From Gemmatimonadota bacterium (GTDB taxonomy: Bacteria > Gemmatimonadota > Gemmatimonadetes > Gemmatimonadales > GWC2-71-9): a DNA stretch of 64,000 bases. The notes below the pieces were generated by a model that was not told where the DNA came from, made no database searches, and was given only the letters and a program-made list of their open reading frames with translations. The position numbers were made by a program, and so were the translations under genes. Below, piece after piece: positions 47,182-55,626 of the stretch. Position 1 is the stretch's first letter. The number at the start of each line of letters is the position of its first letter. The stretch is taken from contig JANMXA010000173.1 in NCBI GenBank assembly GCA_031394255.1, positions 4,763-68,762 of the forward strand, read 5' to 3'.

Positions 47182-49476
47182 TCAGCTTCCCCTCTCGCGC
47201 TGCTTGGCGGCGACGATTTGCTTCATGAGGTCCGGCGACACCGTCTGCCCGTTGCGTTTGAGCAAGGCCAGAAAATCACCGACGTCGTACACCCCGTTCC
47301 GATTGCCGAGTTGGTCGAGAAAATTCTTCTGAGTGATCGTGAGCTTCGTCCCGCCCAGAATCTCAGCGGTCGCGTCGGTAACCGCGACCGTGACGTCGGC
47401 CAGGAACGAGGCTTCCACGTCGTAGGGGCGCCCCATCGGGAGGGTCAGAATTGTTGCCGCCGCCGTGGTATCGCCCCTCCACCCGCCAAAGATCGACCCC
47501 GCGGCCGGAGTCGCTGTCAAAGTGACCGGAGTCCCTTCGGGCACGAAGATTCCAGCGATCGGGTCGCCGGTCCGGTTCACGCTCACCGTTCCTTGCCCCC
47601 CGCCTCCGGTCGTCACAATCAGGCGGTGGTCCGCGGCGAAGGTCGCGATAATCGTGTCCGGCTTGACGCCGCTGGTGATCACCCGGGTTCTCGGCCCACC
47701 AATGTTCCATGCCAGGAACCGCGCGCGGGTCCGGCCCCCGAGCACATCCTGAACACTGTCCGCGCTGATCGTGAACTGATCGCCGGCCGGAACGATATCC
47801 TCAAAGCGGCCCCAGAGCTGATTGGCAACGCGCACGGTAGCCCCGGGCAGTGCCGACGCGACGACGGTTGGCTCTCGGCGAAGGAAGCGAAACCGCATGA
47901 CGCCGCCGGCCAACTGCTGGATTTGATCGACGATGAAACCGGTGTAGTCGCCGAAATTCGTCCGAGCCGCCGGGGTGCTCGAGAGCACCCATTTCGTATT
48001 GGCAGTCGATCCCGGATAGGGATCGCCCTCGTCCCCGCGATTCCGCGCACTCGAATTGGAGCGCAGATTATTCAACCCATCCGCCTGCTCGAGTGCGACG
48101 CCCTGAATCGGCCCGGTGTTCACCCGGTTGCTGAATCGTCCCTGCGAGATCTTGAGCAGATCTATGTGCCACAGCAAAAGGCCGGGACCCTTGCGACAGT
48201 TCGACCGGCAGGTGCCCTGAGTCGGAAGGGGCTGATTCGGGTTGAGGGCCGCAGTGTCCGACTCGACCGCCTGCCGGTTCTCAATGAGCATCAGTTCGGT
48301 CGTTGTGCTCATCTTGGCCAGGAAGACCGTGTCGGTGAGCTGTCTCGGGCCCGTCGTGATCGTTCGAGTGCTGCCGAGAGTATCGATAACCACCCAGCCA
48401 AGTTCATTCAACGACCAGGCATCGTAGCCGGTCGGACTGTAGGCCTTGGAATAGTTGCCGCTGCCCATGATCCCCCACTCGCCAATTCCCTCGGTACCGC
48501 TCGCCCTATCCGTATCGTATAGATCAGGCAATCCGAAGGCGTGCCCCGTTTCGTGAGAAACGGTGCCGACCGGCATGATCTGGCTCGCGTCGCAACCCGT
48601 TCCGCCGCCAACCTGACTTTGCATCGTGTAATTGTTGACCGAAATGAACTGGCCGGCGATTGGCTGGCCCTGCTTGTCTCGGCGGGGGGTCTTGGTGACG
48701 TACTTCGAACTGTTGTTCCAGCCGGCAATGACGTAACGGTGGGCCCAAATCCCCGCCCCTCCGCACGCGCCGTCGCGAACCGGTTGAATGAATGTCACGA
48801 AGTCGACTTCCCCGTCGTCATCGCCGGAATTGGGAACCCCGTCCGGCCCGTCGTTGTCGAATGCCGACCACAGGGTGTCAGCCCCTGGCCGATTTGACAC
48901 CGAATCGAGCACCGCGAGCAGCATCGCCCCGAACCGCCGTCCGCCATCCGCGCAATCGTTGACGACGCCGATACCGTTGCAGTTGTTCTCGTAATACGTG
49001 TTGGACGAATCGACCCTGACGGGATCGAACACTCGGCCCGACATGGTAATCCGGCCGTTTGAAATCTGCTCGTAATACGTTTTCAAGCTGTACGGGCGGG
49101 ACAGAGGGGGCGGATTGCCGAACAGCACGTTCTGAAAATCGGTGACCGGATACGCCGCATCCACGCCCTTGAACTGAATGGCAATCACCGGAACGACGAA
49201 TGAACCGGTAACGGAAAGAGCGGAGGCCCCGCCCCCCGCGGTGGTGGCCGCCAGGAACGGACGGTGGCCGTTCAGGGAGGCCAAGTCGCCGCGCTGGAGC
49301 GCCGCCCACCGGTTGGCCCTGACTTGGCCGGCCCGAACCCGCCAGGCACTGTTGATGGGCCAGTCCATGCCGGGAACCTCGAACCGGCCAAGCTGGGCTC
49401 CCAGCCGTTGGGCCGCGGCCGGACCGGCCAACCCTGCGACGAGCCCAAGGCCGCCCAATACCACCGTCATTTTCAT
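47182..49476 (-). CDS. secreted M6 (immune inhibitor A-like) family metalloprotease with C-terminal repeat and dockerin-like segments
   Basis: Signal peptide 'MKMTVVLGGLGLVAGLAGPAAAQ' and zinc motif 'HETGHAFGLPDLYD'. Also a C-terminal 'GGGGQGTVSV...GTPVTLTATPAAGSIFGGWRGD' bacterial-repeat domain and a terminal 'NRNGVYDVGDFLALLKRNG' Ca-binding-like motif. Confidence 0.85.
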   Translation of the reverse strand: MKMTVVLGGLGLVAGLAGPAAAQRLGAQLGRFEVPGMDWPINSAWRVRAGQVRANRWAALQRGDLASLNGHRPFLAATTAGGGASALSVTGSFVVPVIAIQFKGVDAAYPVTDFQNVLFGNPPPLSRPYSLKTYYEQISNGRITMSGRVFDPVRVDSSNTYYENNCNGIGVVNDCADGGRRFGAMLLAVLDSVSNRPGADTLWSAFDNDGPDGVPNSGDDDGEVDFVTFIQPVRDGACGGAGIWAHRYVIAGWNNSSKYVTKTPRRDKQGQPIAGQFISVNNYTMQSQVGGGTGCDASQIMPVGTVSHETGHAFGLPDLYDTDRASGTEGIGEWGIMGSGNYSKAYSPTGYDAWSLNELGWVVIDTLGSTRTITTGPRQLTDTVFLAKMSTTTELMLIENRQAVESDTAALNPNQPLPTQGTCRSNCRKGPGLLLWHIDLLKISQGRFSNRVNTGPIQGVALEQADGLNNLRSNSSARNRGDEGDPYPGSTANTKWVLSSTPAARTNFGDYTGFIVDQIQQLAGGVMRFRFLRREPTVVASALPGATVRVANQLWGRFEDIVPAGDQFTISADSVQDVLGGRTRARFLAWNIGGPRTRVITSGVKPDTIIATFAADHRLIVTTGGGGQGTVSVNRTGDPIAGIFVPEGTPVTLTATPAAGSIFGGWRGDTTAAATILTLPMGRPYDVEASFLADVTVAVTDATAEILGGTKLTITQKNFLDQLGNRNGVYDVGDFLALLKRNGQTVSPDLMKQIVAAKQRERGS

Positions 49477-49591
49477 CGGAGATCCCCGTCCATGGAAACC
49501 CACACCCTAACAACAATAACAGGCCGGTCTGCCCCCGACGGAGGGGCTGGAACCGACCAAGACCAGCCGCCGTAGGGGCCCCCCGGGTCTC

Positions 49592-49620
49592 TTGTGTCGC
49601 CTGTGGGGGCGAATTAAGTT
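49592..49620 (+). promoter_or_regulatory. weak candidate sigma-70 promoter for the spt cluster (TTGTGT - 17 nt - TAAGTT)
   Basis: Read directly in the about 210-bp divergent intergenic region. Overlaps the palindrome AGTTAACT (49617-49624). Confidence 0.25.
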
Positions 49621-49687
49621 AACTCATTGTTGGGCAACGGGATCGGCGGTCACGATCCGGTCACTCTCAAATCTGCGGGGTCCTAGC

Positions 49688-50899
49688 GTGTCGACACAGA
49701 CGACCACCACCACCGACATCTCGCTGTTCGAGAAGTGCCGGAAGTTCACCCGGGTCGAGGAGATCAAAGCCCAGGGGCTCTATCCGTACTTCAAGCCGAT
49801 CTCGGAGTCCGAGGACACCGTGGTCGTCATCGAAGGCCAGAAGCGGATCATGCTGGGGTCCAACAACTACTTGGGCCTTACCCATCACCCCAAGGTGCTC
49901 GAAGCCGCAACCCGTGCCCTCCACATCTATGGCTCAGGCTGCACCGGGAGCCGCTTCCTGAACGGCACCCTCGACCTCCACCTCCAGCTCGAAGACGCCC
50001 TCGCCCGGTTCCTCGGCAAGGACGACTGCATTGTCTTCTCGACCGGGTACAACGCCAACCTCGGCCTGATCTCCGGCCTGGTTACCAAGGGCGATGTAAT
50101 CTTCCTCGATAAACTGGACCACGCGTCGATTGTCGACGGCGCCAAGATGAGCTACGGCAGCACCGAACGATTCAACCACGGCGACCTCGACAACCTCGAG
50201 CGGAAGCTGTCGCGCAGCGACGAGCCCGGCGGCCGGATGGTGATCGTTGACGGTGTCTACTCCATGGAAGGCGACATCGCCAACATCCCGGAGCTGCTCA
50301 AGGTTTGCCGCCGCCACGGAGCCGCGCTCGCCATCGATGACGCCCACTCGATCGGCGTTCTGGGACCCAACGGCGACGGCACCGCGGCGCATTTCGGCCT
50401 GGCCGATGAGGTGGACATTATCGCGGGAACGTTCTCGAAGTCGCTCGCCTCGATCGGCGGCTTCGTGGCCGGCTCCAAGTCCGTGATCAACTATCTGCGC
50501 CATCACAGCCGGCCGTTGATCTTCACGGCGGCCCTGCCGCCCGCGAACACGGCCGGCGTGCTCGCCGCGCTCGAGGTGCTCCAGCGCGAGCCCGAACGGC
50601 GTGAGTCGCTCTGGGCGAACACCCGGCGCCTGGCCGAGGGCTTCCGAGGTCTGGGCTTCGAGATCGGACCGTCGGAGACCCCGATCATCCCGATCCTGAT
50701 CGGCCCGCTCGACCGAACTCTGTTCATGTGGCGCAAGGTGTACGAGGCCGGCATCTTCACCAACCCGGTCGTGCCGCCCGCCGTCCCGCCGTCCCAGTGC
50801 CGGCTCCGGACCAGCGTGATGGCCACCCACACCGCTGATCAGATCGACTACTGCCTCGAGACCATCGGCAAACTGGGCCGGGAGCTGGGCGTCATCTGA
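49688..50899 (+). CDS. spt: alpha-oxoamine synthase (PLP-dependent), serine palmitoyltransferase-like
   Basis: GTG start at 49688. 'GLYPYFKPI', 'GSNNYLGLTHHP', 'GSGCTGSRFLNGT', 'VDGVYSMEGD', 'DDAHSIGVLG' and the PLP-Lys context 'GTFSKSL'. The SRxLNGT segment and N-terminal region resemble bacterial Spt more than BioF/Kbl, judged from memory. Confidence 0.8.
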   Translation: MSTQTTTTTDISLFEKCRKFTRVEEIKAQGLYPYFKPISESEDTVVVIEGQKRIMLGSNNYLGLTHHPKVLEAATRALHIYGSGCTGSRFLNGTLDLHLQLEDALARFLGKDDCIVFSTGYNANLGLISGLVTKGDVIFLDKLDHASIVDGAKMSYGSTERFNHGDLDNLERKLSRSDEPGGRMVIVDGVYSMEGDIANIPELLKVCRRHGAALAIDDAHSIGVLGPNGDGTAAHFGLADEVDIIAGTFSKSLASIGGFVAGSKSVINYLRHHSRPLIFTAALPPANTAGVLAALEVLQREPERRESLWANTRRLAEGFRGLGFEIGPSETPIIPILIGPLDRTLFMWRKVYEAGIFTNPVVPPAVPPSQCRLRTSVMATHTADQIDYCLETIGKLGRELGVI

Positions 50900-52032
50900 G
50901 CACCGCCGTCACCGTTCGGCCGGTCGCCAGCCCGGCCGATCTCAAGGCCTTCATCGATCTGCCCTATCGACTTCACGCACGGGACCTGTCATGGGTCCCG
51001 CCGTTGCGTCGAGACGTGGACATCCTGCTGTCCCGCACCAAGAACCCGTTCTTCGAGCACGCCGAGGCCGAGTACTTCCTGGCCGAGCGTGATGGGGCGG
51101 TGGTCGGCCGGATTGCGGCCATTGCCAATCGACTCCATAACGAGACCCACAGGGATCGGGTCGGCTTTTTCGGATTCTTCGAGACCATCGACGATCCGGC
51201 GGTCCCCGGCGCTCTCTTCCAGCAGGCGGGGGCATGGCTGGCCGCTCGGGGATTCGACGCCATGCGCGGCCCGGCGTCGTTTTCGGTCAATGACGAATAC
51301 GGCCTCCTTGCCAGCGGGTTCGACACGCCGAACACAATCATGATGCCCCACAACCCCGCCGCCTACCTCCGACTGATCGAAGGGGCCGGGTTCAAGAACG
51401 TGAAGACCCTGGTGGCCTACGAGGGTGGATCGTTCGAGCACTACGTCGAGCCACCGGCGCGGATCGCCCGCGCGGTGGATCTCGCCCGCGAGCGGTACGG
51501 CATCACGGTCCGCGCCCTCCGCATGAACGATTTCAAAGCCGAAGTCGACCGCGTGAAGGTGCTCTACAACCGCTGCTGGGAGTCCAACTGGGGCGCAGTG
51601 CCGATGACCGATCACGAGATCGATCATCTCGCCGAGCAGTTCAAGCCGGTCGTTGTCCCCGATCTGGTGCCCTTCGCCGAATGCAACGGCGAGCCGATCG
51701 GATTCGGACTGGTCCTCCCCGACTTCAATCAGAGTTTCCGGACCAACCGCAACGGCCGGATGCTCCCGGCCGCCCTCAAGCTGCTCTGGCAGTTGAAGAC
51801 GCAGCAGATCCATCGCTGCCGCATCCTCCTCCTCGGCGTTCTTCCGGAATACCGCGGCAAGGCCGTCGACGCGATTCTCTTCCACTGGATCTGGACCCGA
51901 GCGGGCGCCCGGAAGATGTGGTGGGGGGAGGGTGGCTGGGTCCTGCAAGACAATCCGGCGATGAACGCCGGCCTCCAGAAGATGGGCATGACCGCGTACA
52001 AGACCTACCACGTGTACGAGCGACCGTTGTGA
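50896..52032 (+). CDS. GNAT-family N-acyltransferase (candidate bacterial ceramide synthase)
   Basis: The conserved-looking N-terminus 'TVRPVASPADLKAFIDLPYRLHARDLSWVPPLRRDV' is in frame upstream of the first canonical start (TTG 51004). No ATG/GTG/TTG occurs between the upstream stop (50836-50838) and 51004. The start is therefore provisionally placed at CTG 50896, overlapping the spt stop (CTGA). Confidence 0.7.
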   Translation: MSTAVTVRPVASPADLKAFIDLPYRLHARDLSWVPPLRRDVDILLSRTKNPFFEHAEAEYFLAERDGAVVGRIAAIANRLHNETHRDRVGFFGFFETIDDPAVPGALFQQAGAWLAARGFDAMRGPASFSVNDEYGLLASGFDTPNTIMMPHNPAAYLRLIEGAGFKNVKTLVAYEGGSFEHYVEPPARIARAVDLARERYGITVRALRMNDFKAEVDRVKVLYNRCWESNWGAVPMTDHEIDHLAEQFKPVVVPDLVPFAECNGEPIGFGLVLPDFNQSFRTNRNGRMLPAALKLLWQLKTQQIHRCRILLLGVLPEYRGKAVDAILFHWIWTRAGARKMWWGEGGWVLQDNPAMNAGLQKMGMTAYKTYHVYERPL

Positions 52033-52997
52033 AAGCGCTGGTTACCGGGGCCACCGGATTTGTCGGTGGCCACCTGGTCGAATCGCTGCTCGCCCGTGGG
52101 GACACCGTCACCGCCATCATTCGGGACCCGGCTCGCGGCAAGGAATTGGCGCGGCGCGGCGTCCGGCTGATCGAAGGCGGCCTCGCTGACTCCGAGCCCC
52201 TCCAGCGAGCGATGGCCGGCCAGGATGTCGTCTACCACCTCGCCGGCCTCGTGGCCGCCCGCAACGAGGCCGAGTTTCTCGCCACCAACCGGGATGGGAC
52301 CGCCAACCTGGCCCGTGCCGCGGCAGCCACCGGCGTAGGCCGCTTCCTGCTCGTTTCGTCCCTGGCCGCCGCTGGACCGACCTCACCGGATCATCCGCTG
52401 GCCGGAACTGAACCACCAGCGCCGGTAACCCAGTACGGGCGGAGCAAGCTCGCGGCGGAAGCCGTCATCCGGGCCTCTGCCCTTGACTGGACCATCGTAC
52501 GGCCACCAGCCGTCTATGGCCCGGGCGACCGCGAGTGGCTCCGGATCTTCAAGGCGGCGGCGTTCGGAATCGCCCCGGTCTTCGGAGATGGGTCCCAGCA
52601 ACTGTCCCTGATTTTCGCTCCCGATCTGGCGGAAGCTGTGGTGGCGGCCGCCACCTCCGCCGGCACAGCCGGCGGCGTCTACTACGCCTGTCACGCCGAG
52701 GCGCTCACGACACGTGGGATGGTCGAACAGATCGGGACAGCTATCGGGCGCCGGCCCCTGGTCATCGGACTCCCGGCCCCGATCGCCCGGTCAATCCTTC
52801 GGATCACCGACACGGCCGCCCGCCTGACTGGCCGGGCCACCCTGCTGTCCTCAGACAAGGCCGCCGAGTTCCTGGCGCCGGCCTGGCTTGCAGACCCAAC
52901 ACCGCTCACCCGCGCGACCGGATGGACGGCGAAGCATGATTTCCCGACGGGGGCGAGCCTCACCGCAACCTGGTACAGGCAGCGCGGCTGGCTGTGA
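52029..52997 (+). CDS. NAD-dependent epimerase/dehydratase family (extended SDR) protein (candidate ceramide reductase)
   Basis: 'KALVTGATGFVGGHL' Rossmann motif and catalytic 'YGRSK' (YxxxK). GTGA overlap with the GNAT gene. Confidence 0.85.
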   Translation: MKALVTGATGFVGGHLVESLLARGDTVTAIIRDPARGKELARRGVRLIEGGLADSEPLQRAMAGQDVVYHLAGLVAARNEAEFLATNRDGTANLARAAAATGVGRFLLVSSLAAAGPTSPDHPLAGTEPPAPVTQYGRSKLAAEAVIRASALDWTIVRPPAVYGPGDREWLRIFKAAAFGIAPVFGDGSQQLSLIFAPDLAEAVVAAATSAGTAGGVYYACHAEALTTRGMVEQIGTAIGRRPLVIGLPAPIARSILRITDTAARLTGRATLLSSDKAAEFLAPAWLADPTPLTRATGWTAKHDFPTGASLTATWYRQRGWL

Positions 52998-53836
52998 CGC
53001 TGAAGCCCGCCGAGAGGATCCTCGGGTTGTATTCCGTCGTCGTGATCTGCGTCAGCATCTCGCGATTCCTGGCTCGTCCAGAGACCGCATGGGTCGCAGT
53101 CGCGCATCTGCTCGTGTTGGTTCTGGTGTTCGCCCTGCCCCGGGCCGGAGATACGTTCCTTCGGGCGGTGGCCCCCGTGGTTGTCCTGCTTCCCCTCTAC
53201 GGTGCCCTCGATGTCTTGAACGGATTCGGCGGCCTGAGCACCCACGACCGGGCCGTGCGCCAGTGGGAGGCCTCAACCTTCGGCCTTGAGATTGGCCGGG
53301 TCTGGTGGCAGCAGTCTCCGAGCCCGGTCTGGTCCGCGGTTCTTCACGCGGCCTATTTCTCGTACTACTTCATCATCCCGGCGCCAATTGCCCTCTTCCT
53401 CGTCCGGAGGAACCGTCTGGCCCTCGACCGAGCTACGACGGCGGTCATGGCTGCATTCGCCTGCTGCTACCTGGTATTCATCTTCTTTCCGGTCGCCGGC
53501 CCCTACTACGAGTACCCGAGGCCGGCGGCCTGGTTTACGGCCAACGGACCGGCGCGGGCCGTCTACTGGGTGTTATCGGGCGGGAGTTCCTACGGGGCGG
53601 CGTTCCCGTCGTCACACGTGGCGGCTACCTGGGCCGCCACGGTCACCACGGCAGTTGCGTCGAGCGGATGGGGGCTGATACTTGGGGGTTTGTCGGTACT
53701 GCTCACTGTTGGGGTCGTCTACTGCCAGATGCACTATGGGGTCGATGCGCTAGCCGGCCTCGGCGTGGCCGGCCTCGCGATCGTCCTGGCGATGCTGCTC
53801 CACCCTAGGGAAGGTCGTACCGCTCGAGGTAGTTGA
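52994..53836 (+). CDS. PAP2-superfamily integral membrane protein (Aur1/IPC-synthase-like PAP2_3 type)
   Basis: About 6 TM helices, 'AFPSSHVAA' (SxH) and 'QMHYGVDALAG' (HxxxD) motifs. GTGA overlap with the SDR gene. Confidence 0.75.
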   Translation: MTLKPAERILGLYSVVVICVSISRFLARPETAWVAVAHLLVLVLVFALPRAGDTFLRAVAPVVVLLPLYGALDVLNGFGGLSTHDRAVRQWEASTFGLEIGRVWWQQSPSPVWSAVLHAAYFSYYFIIPAPIALFLVRRNRLALDRATTAVMAAFACCYLVFIFFPVAGPYYEYPRPAAWFTANGPARAVYWVLSGGSSYGAAFPSSHVAATWAATVTTAVASSGWGLILGGLSVLLTVGVVYCQMHYGVDALAGLGVAGLAIVLAMLLHPREGRTARGS

Positions 53837-54962
53837 TCCCGTCGCCATCGATGTGGCGGACGTAAACCCCGCGACTGCCCACTGCCAGCAGGCGGCGAGC
53901 GGTCGGAAGGGTTACCCGTCCCGTCACTTCGCCGGATTTCCCGATCAGGTCATACGTTCGCGGCGCGCCGGCGGGAACGGAACGCTCCACCCACAGATGG
54001 CCGTCCGGCGCCACCAGCGACAGGCCGGTCGCGTCCGGTTTGGCCGCCGGCCATTCCTGGCCGCTCAGGTCGGGCTCGTCGGCGTCGTCGTCGCGCCCTT
54101 GACGCCCCCGGGAGAAGGCCATGGACACCTGCCCGTTGACGTTCTGCACCGAGACCGAGAGCCCGTTGGCGGCCGCCTCGGCGAGATACTCTTTCTTTTC
54201 CGCGTCGCGAACCGGCACCGGTGAGCCGGGAATCGGCTTGCCGACCGTCCTGGTTCCCGCGGGAGCAACCCAGTCCACCCGGTACAACGGTGCCCGCAGC
54301 AACGCGACCCGGCCGTCGGGAGCCACGGTCCACGAGTCCTGAATCGGATAAGGTTTCTGCCGTTGGGACTGGCGCTGATTGTTGGCGGACCCCGAGCTTT
54401 TCACGACCATGGCCGGCAACTTCACCTTCGCGACCGTGTCAAATCGCGCTCCGGCCCGGTCCCAGCGCACGACGGTTCCCGAATCGGCCTTGGGGTCCCC
54501 GCCCACAGGCTGGAAGTAGATCCGCCCCTGGCCGTCGGTGCCCCGTGGGAAGATCAATGGCATTGCCCCGGGCCGCCCCCCCGGCTGCCCCTGGGCGATC
54601 GGGAAGGTTTCCTTGAAACGACCACTCCCGTCCACCACGGCCAACCTGGCGTTGCCGAGGTCCACCAGGAGGGTCGCCCCCCCGGGGAGCGGAAACAATG
54701 CATCCGGCGACTTGTACTCGCCCGGGCCCCGCCCCGAACGCCCGATCGTATCGATCTTCTGGGAGGCGAGATCGATCCGAAGCACCACATCATCGATCCC
54801 GTCGGCCACGAGAATCCGGCCGTCCGGCATCTCGCGCAGGCCACTGATCGTACTGAACTGGTGGTTGAGCCGGGCCGAGGCCTTCGCGAGCACCCGAGCT
54901 TGCGCCTGGAGCTGGCTGGCCGCGGCAAGGAGCAGGGCCGGCACGATGGAATACCGTCGCAT
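53805..54962 (-). CDS. secreted beta-propeller-like hypothetical protein
   Basis: Signal peptide 'MRRYSIVPALLLAAASQLQAQA' and repeated 'DG..LV.D' blade-like segments. Start at Met 54962, because the upstream alternative would include the cupredoxin terminator. Confidence 0.65.
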   Translation of the reverse strand: MRRYSIVPALLLAAASQLQAQARVLAKASARLNHQFSTISGLREMPDGRILVADGIDDVVLRIDLASQKIDTIGRSGRGPGEYKSPDALFPLPGGATLLVDLGNARLAVVDGSGRFKETFPIAQGQPGGRPGAMPLIFPRGTDGQGRIYFQPVGGDPKADSGTVVRWDRAGARFDTVAKVKLPAMVVKSSGSANNQRQSQRQKPYPIQDSWTVAPDGRVALLRAPLYRVDWVAPAGTRTVGKPIPGSPVPVRDAEKKEYLAEAAANGLSVSVQNVNGQVSMAFSRGRQGRDDDADEPDLSGQEWPAAKPDATGLSLVAPDGHLWVERSVPAGAPRTYDLIGKSGEVTGRVTLPTARRLLAVGSRGVYVRHIDGDGINYLERYDLP

Positions 54963-55023
54963 CTGAATCTCGAAGGTTGGGACTGGTGGAGTGATGATTG
55001 GCCGGGGCGGCTGGTTGCAACTC

Positions 55024-55058
55024 AAAACGAAACAGGGCCCCCTTGAAGGAGGGCCCTG
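55024..55058 (-). terminator. intrinsic terminator of the cupredoxin gene
   Basis: On the minus strand: CAGGGCCC-tccttcaaggg-GGCCCTG hairpin followed by TTTCGTTTT. Confidence 0.7.
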
Positions 55059-55080
55059 CTCTCCCAGCCAACGGTTGAAA

Positions 55081-55554
55081 CTATTGAACGATGATCTTGC
55101 CCTTCATTCCCATCGCCATGTGCGGCGTGCAGGTGAACTTGTACTCGCCGGCCACGAGGTTCGCAAATGAGACCTCGTAGGTCGCGTTCGGCTCGGTCAT
55201 GAGGGGCCCGTTCAACTCGCCGAGCTTGTCGCCCGGCATGTTGGCATCGAGGCCCGCCTTGGCGGCGGCCGGAATGCTGTCGGCGAAGAACTGCACGTTG
55301 TGAGGACCACCGCTGACGTTGTGGAAGACAACCTTGTCGCCCGCCTTGATGGTCAGTTCCGCCGGCACGAACTTGTAGGTCGTTCCCTCGAGCACCATGT
55401 TGACATCGTGCGTGGCGCCCGCGGCCGCCGGAGCCGCCGCCGTCGACGCCGCCGGAGCTGCTGCCGCAGTAGAATCCACAGCCGGCGCCTTGTCGCCACC
55501 GCCACACGCCGCCAAAACCAGCCCAGCCCCAGCCACCAGTCCGATCATCCGCAT
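55081..55554 (-). CDS. plastocyanin/auracyanin-like type-1 copper protein (cupredoxin), lipoprotein
   Basis: Lipobox 'LVLAACGGG' and an Ala/Pro-rich tether. Copper ligands 'FHNVSGGPHNV' and 'CTPHMAMGM' (C-x2-H-x4-M). Start at 'MRMIGL' (55554). Confidence 0.85.
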   Translation of the reverse strand: MRMIGLVAGAGLVLAACGGGDKAPAVDSTAAAAPAASTAAAPAAAGATHDVNMVLEGTTYKFVPAELTIKAGDKVVFHNVSGGPHNVQFFADSIPAAAKAGLDANMPGDKLGELNGPLMTEPNATYEVSFANLVAGEYKFTCTPHMAMGMKGKIIVQ

Positions 55555-55626
55555 GCTTCGGCACTCCCCCCGATAAAGTGATCGTGGTCCACCCGTACTG
55601 ATATGCGCCGCCACGATGGCGCAGAC

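Noticed and set aside
49688-50899. Alternative reading of the alpha-oxoamine synthase as BioF (biotin) or Kbl (threonine degradation)
   Set aside because: No bioA/B/D or tdh neighbours. The SRFLNGT segment, the N-terminal region and the coupled GNAT/SDR/PAP2 context favour Spt. This is not fully excluded without phylogeny (see the first finding).
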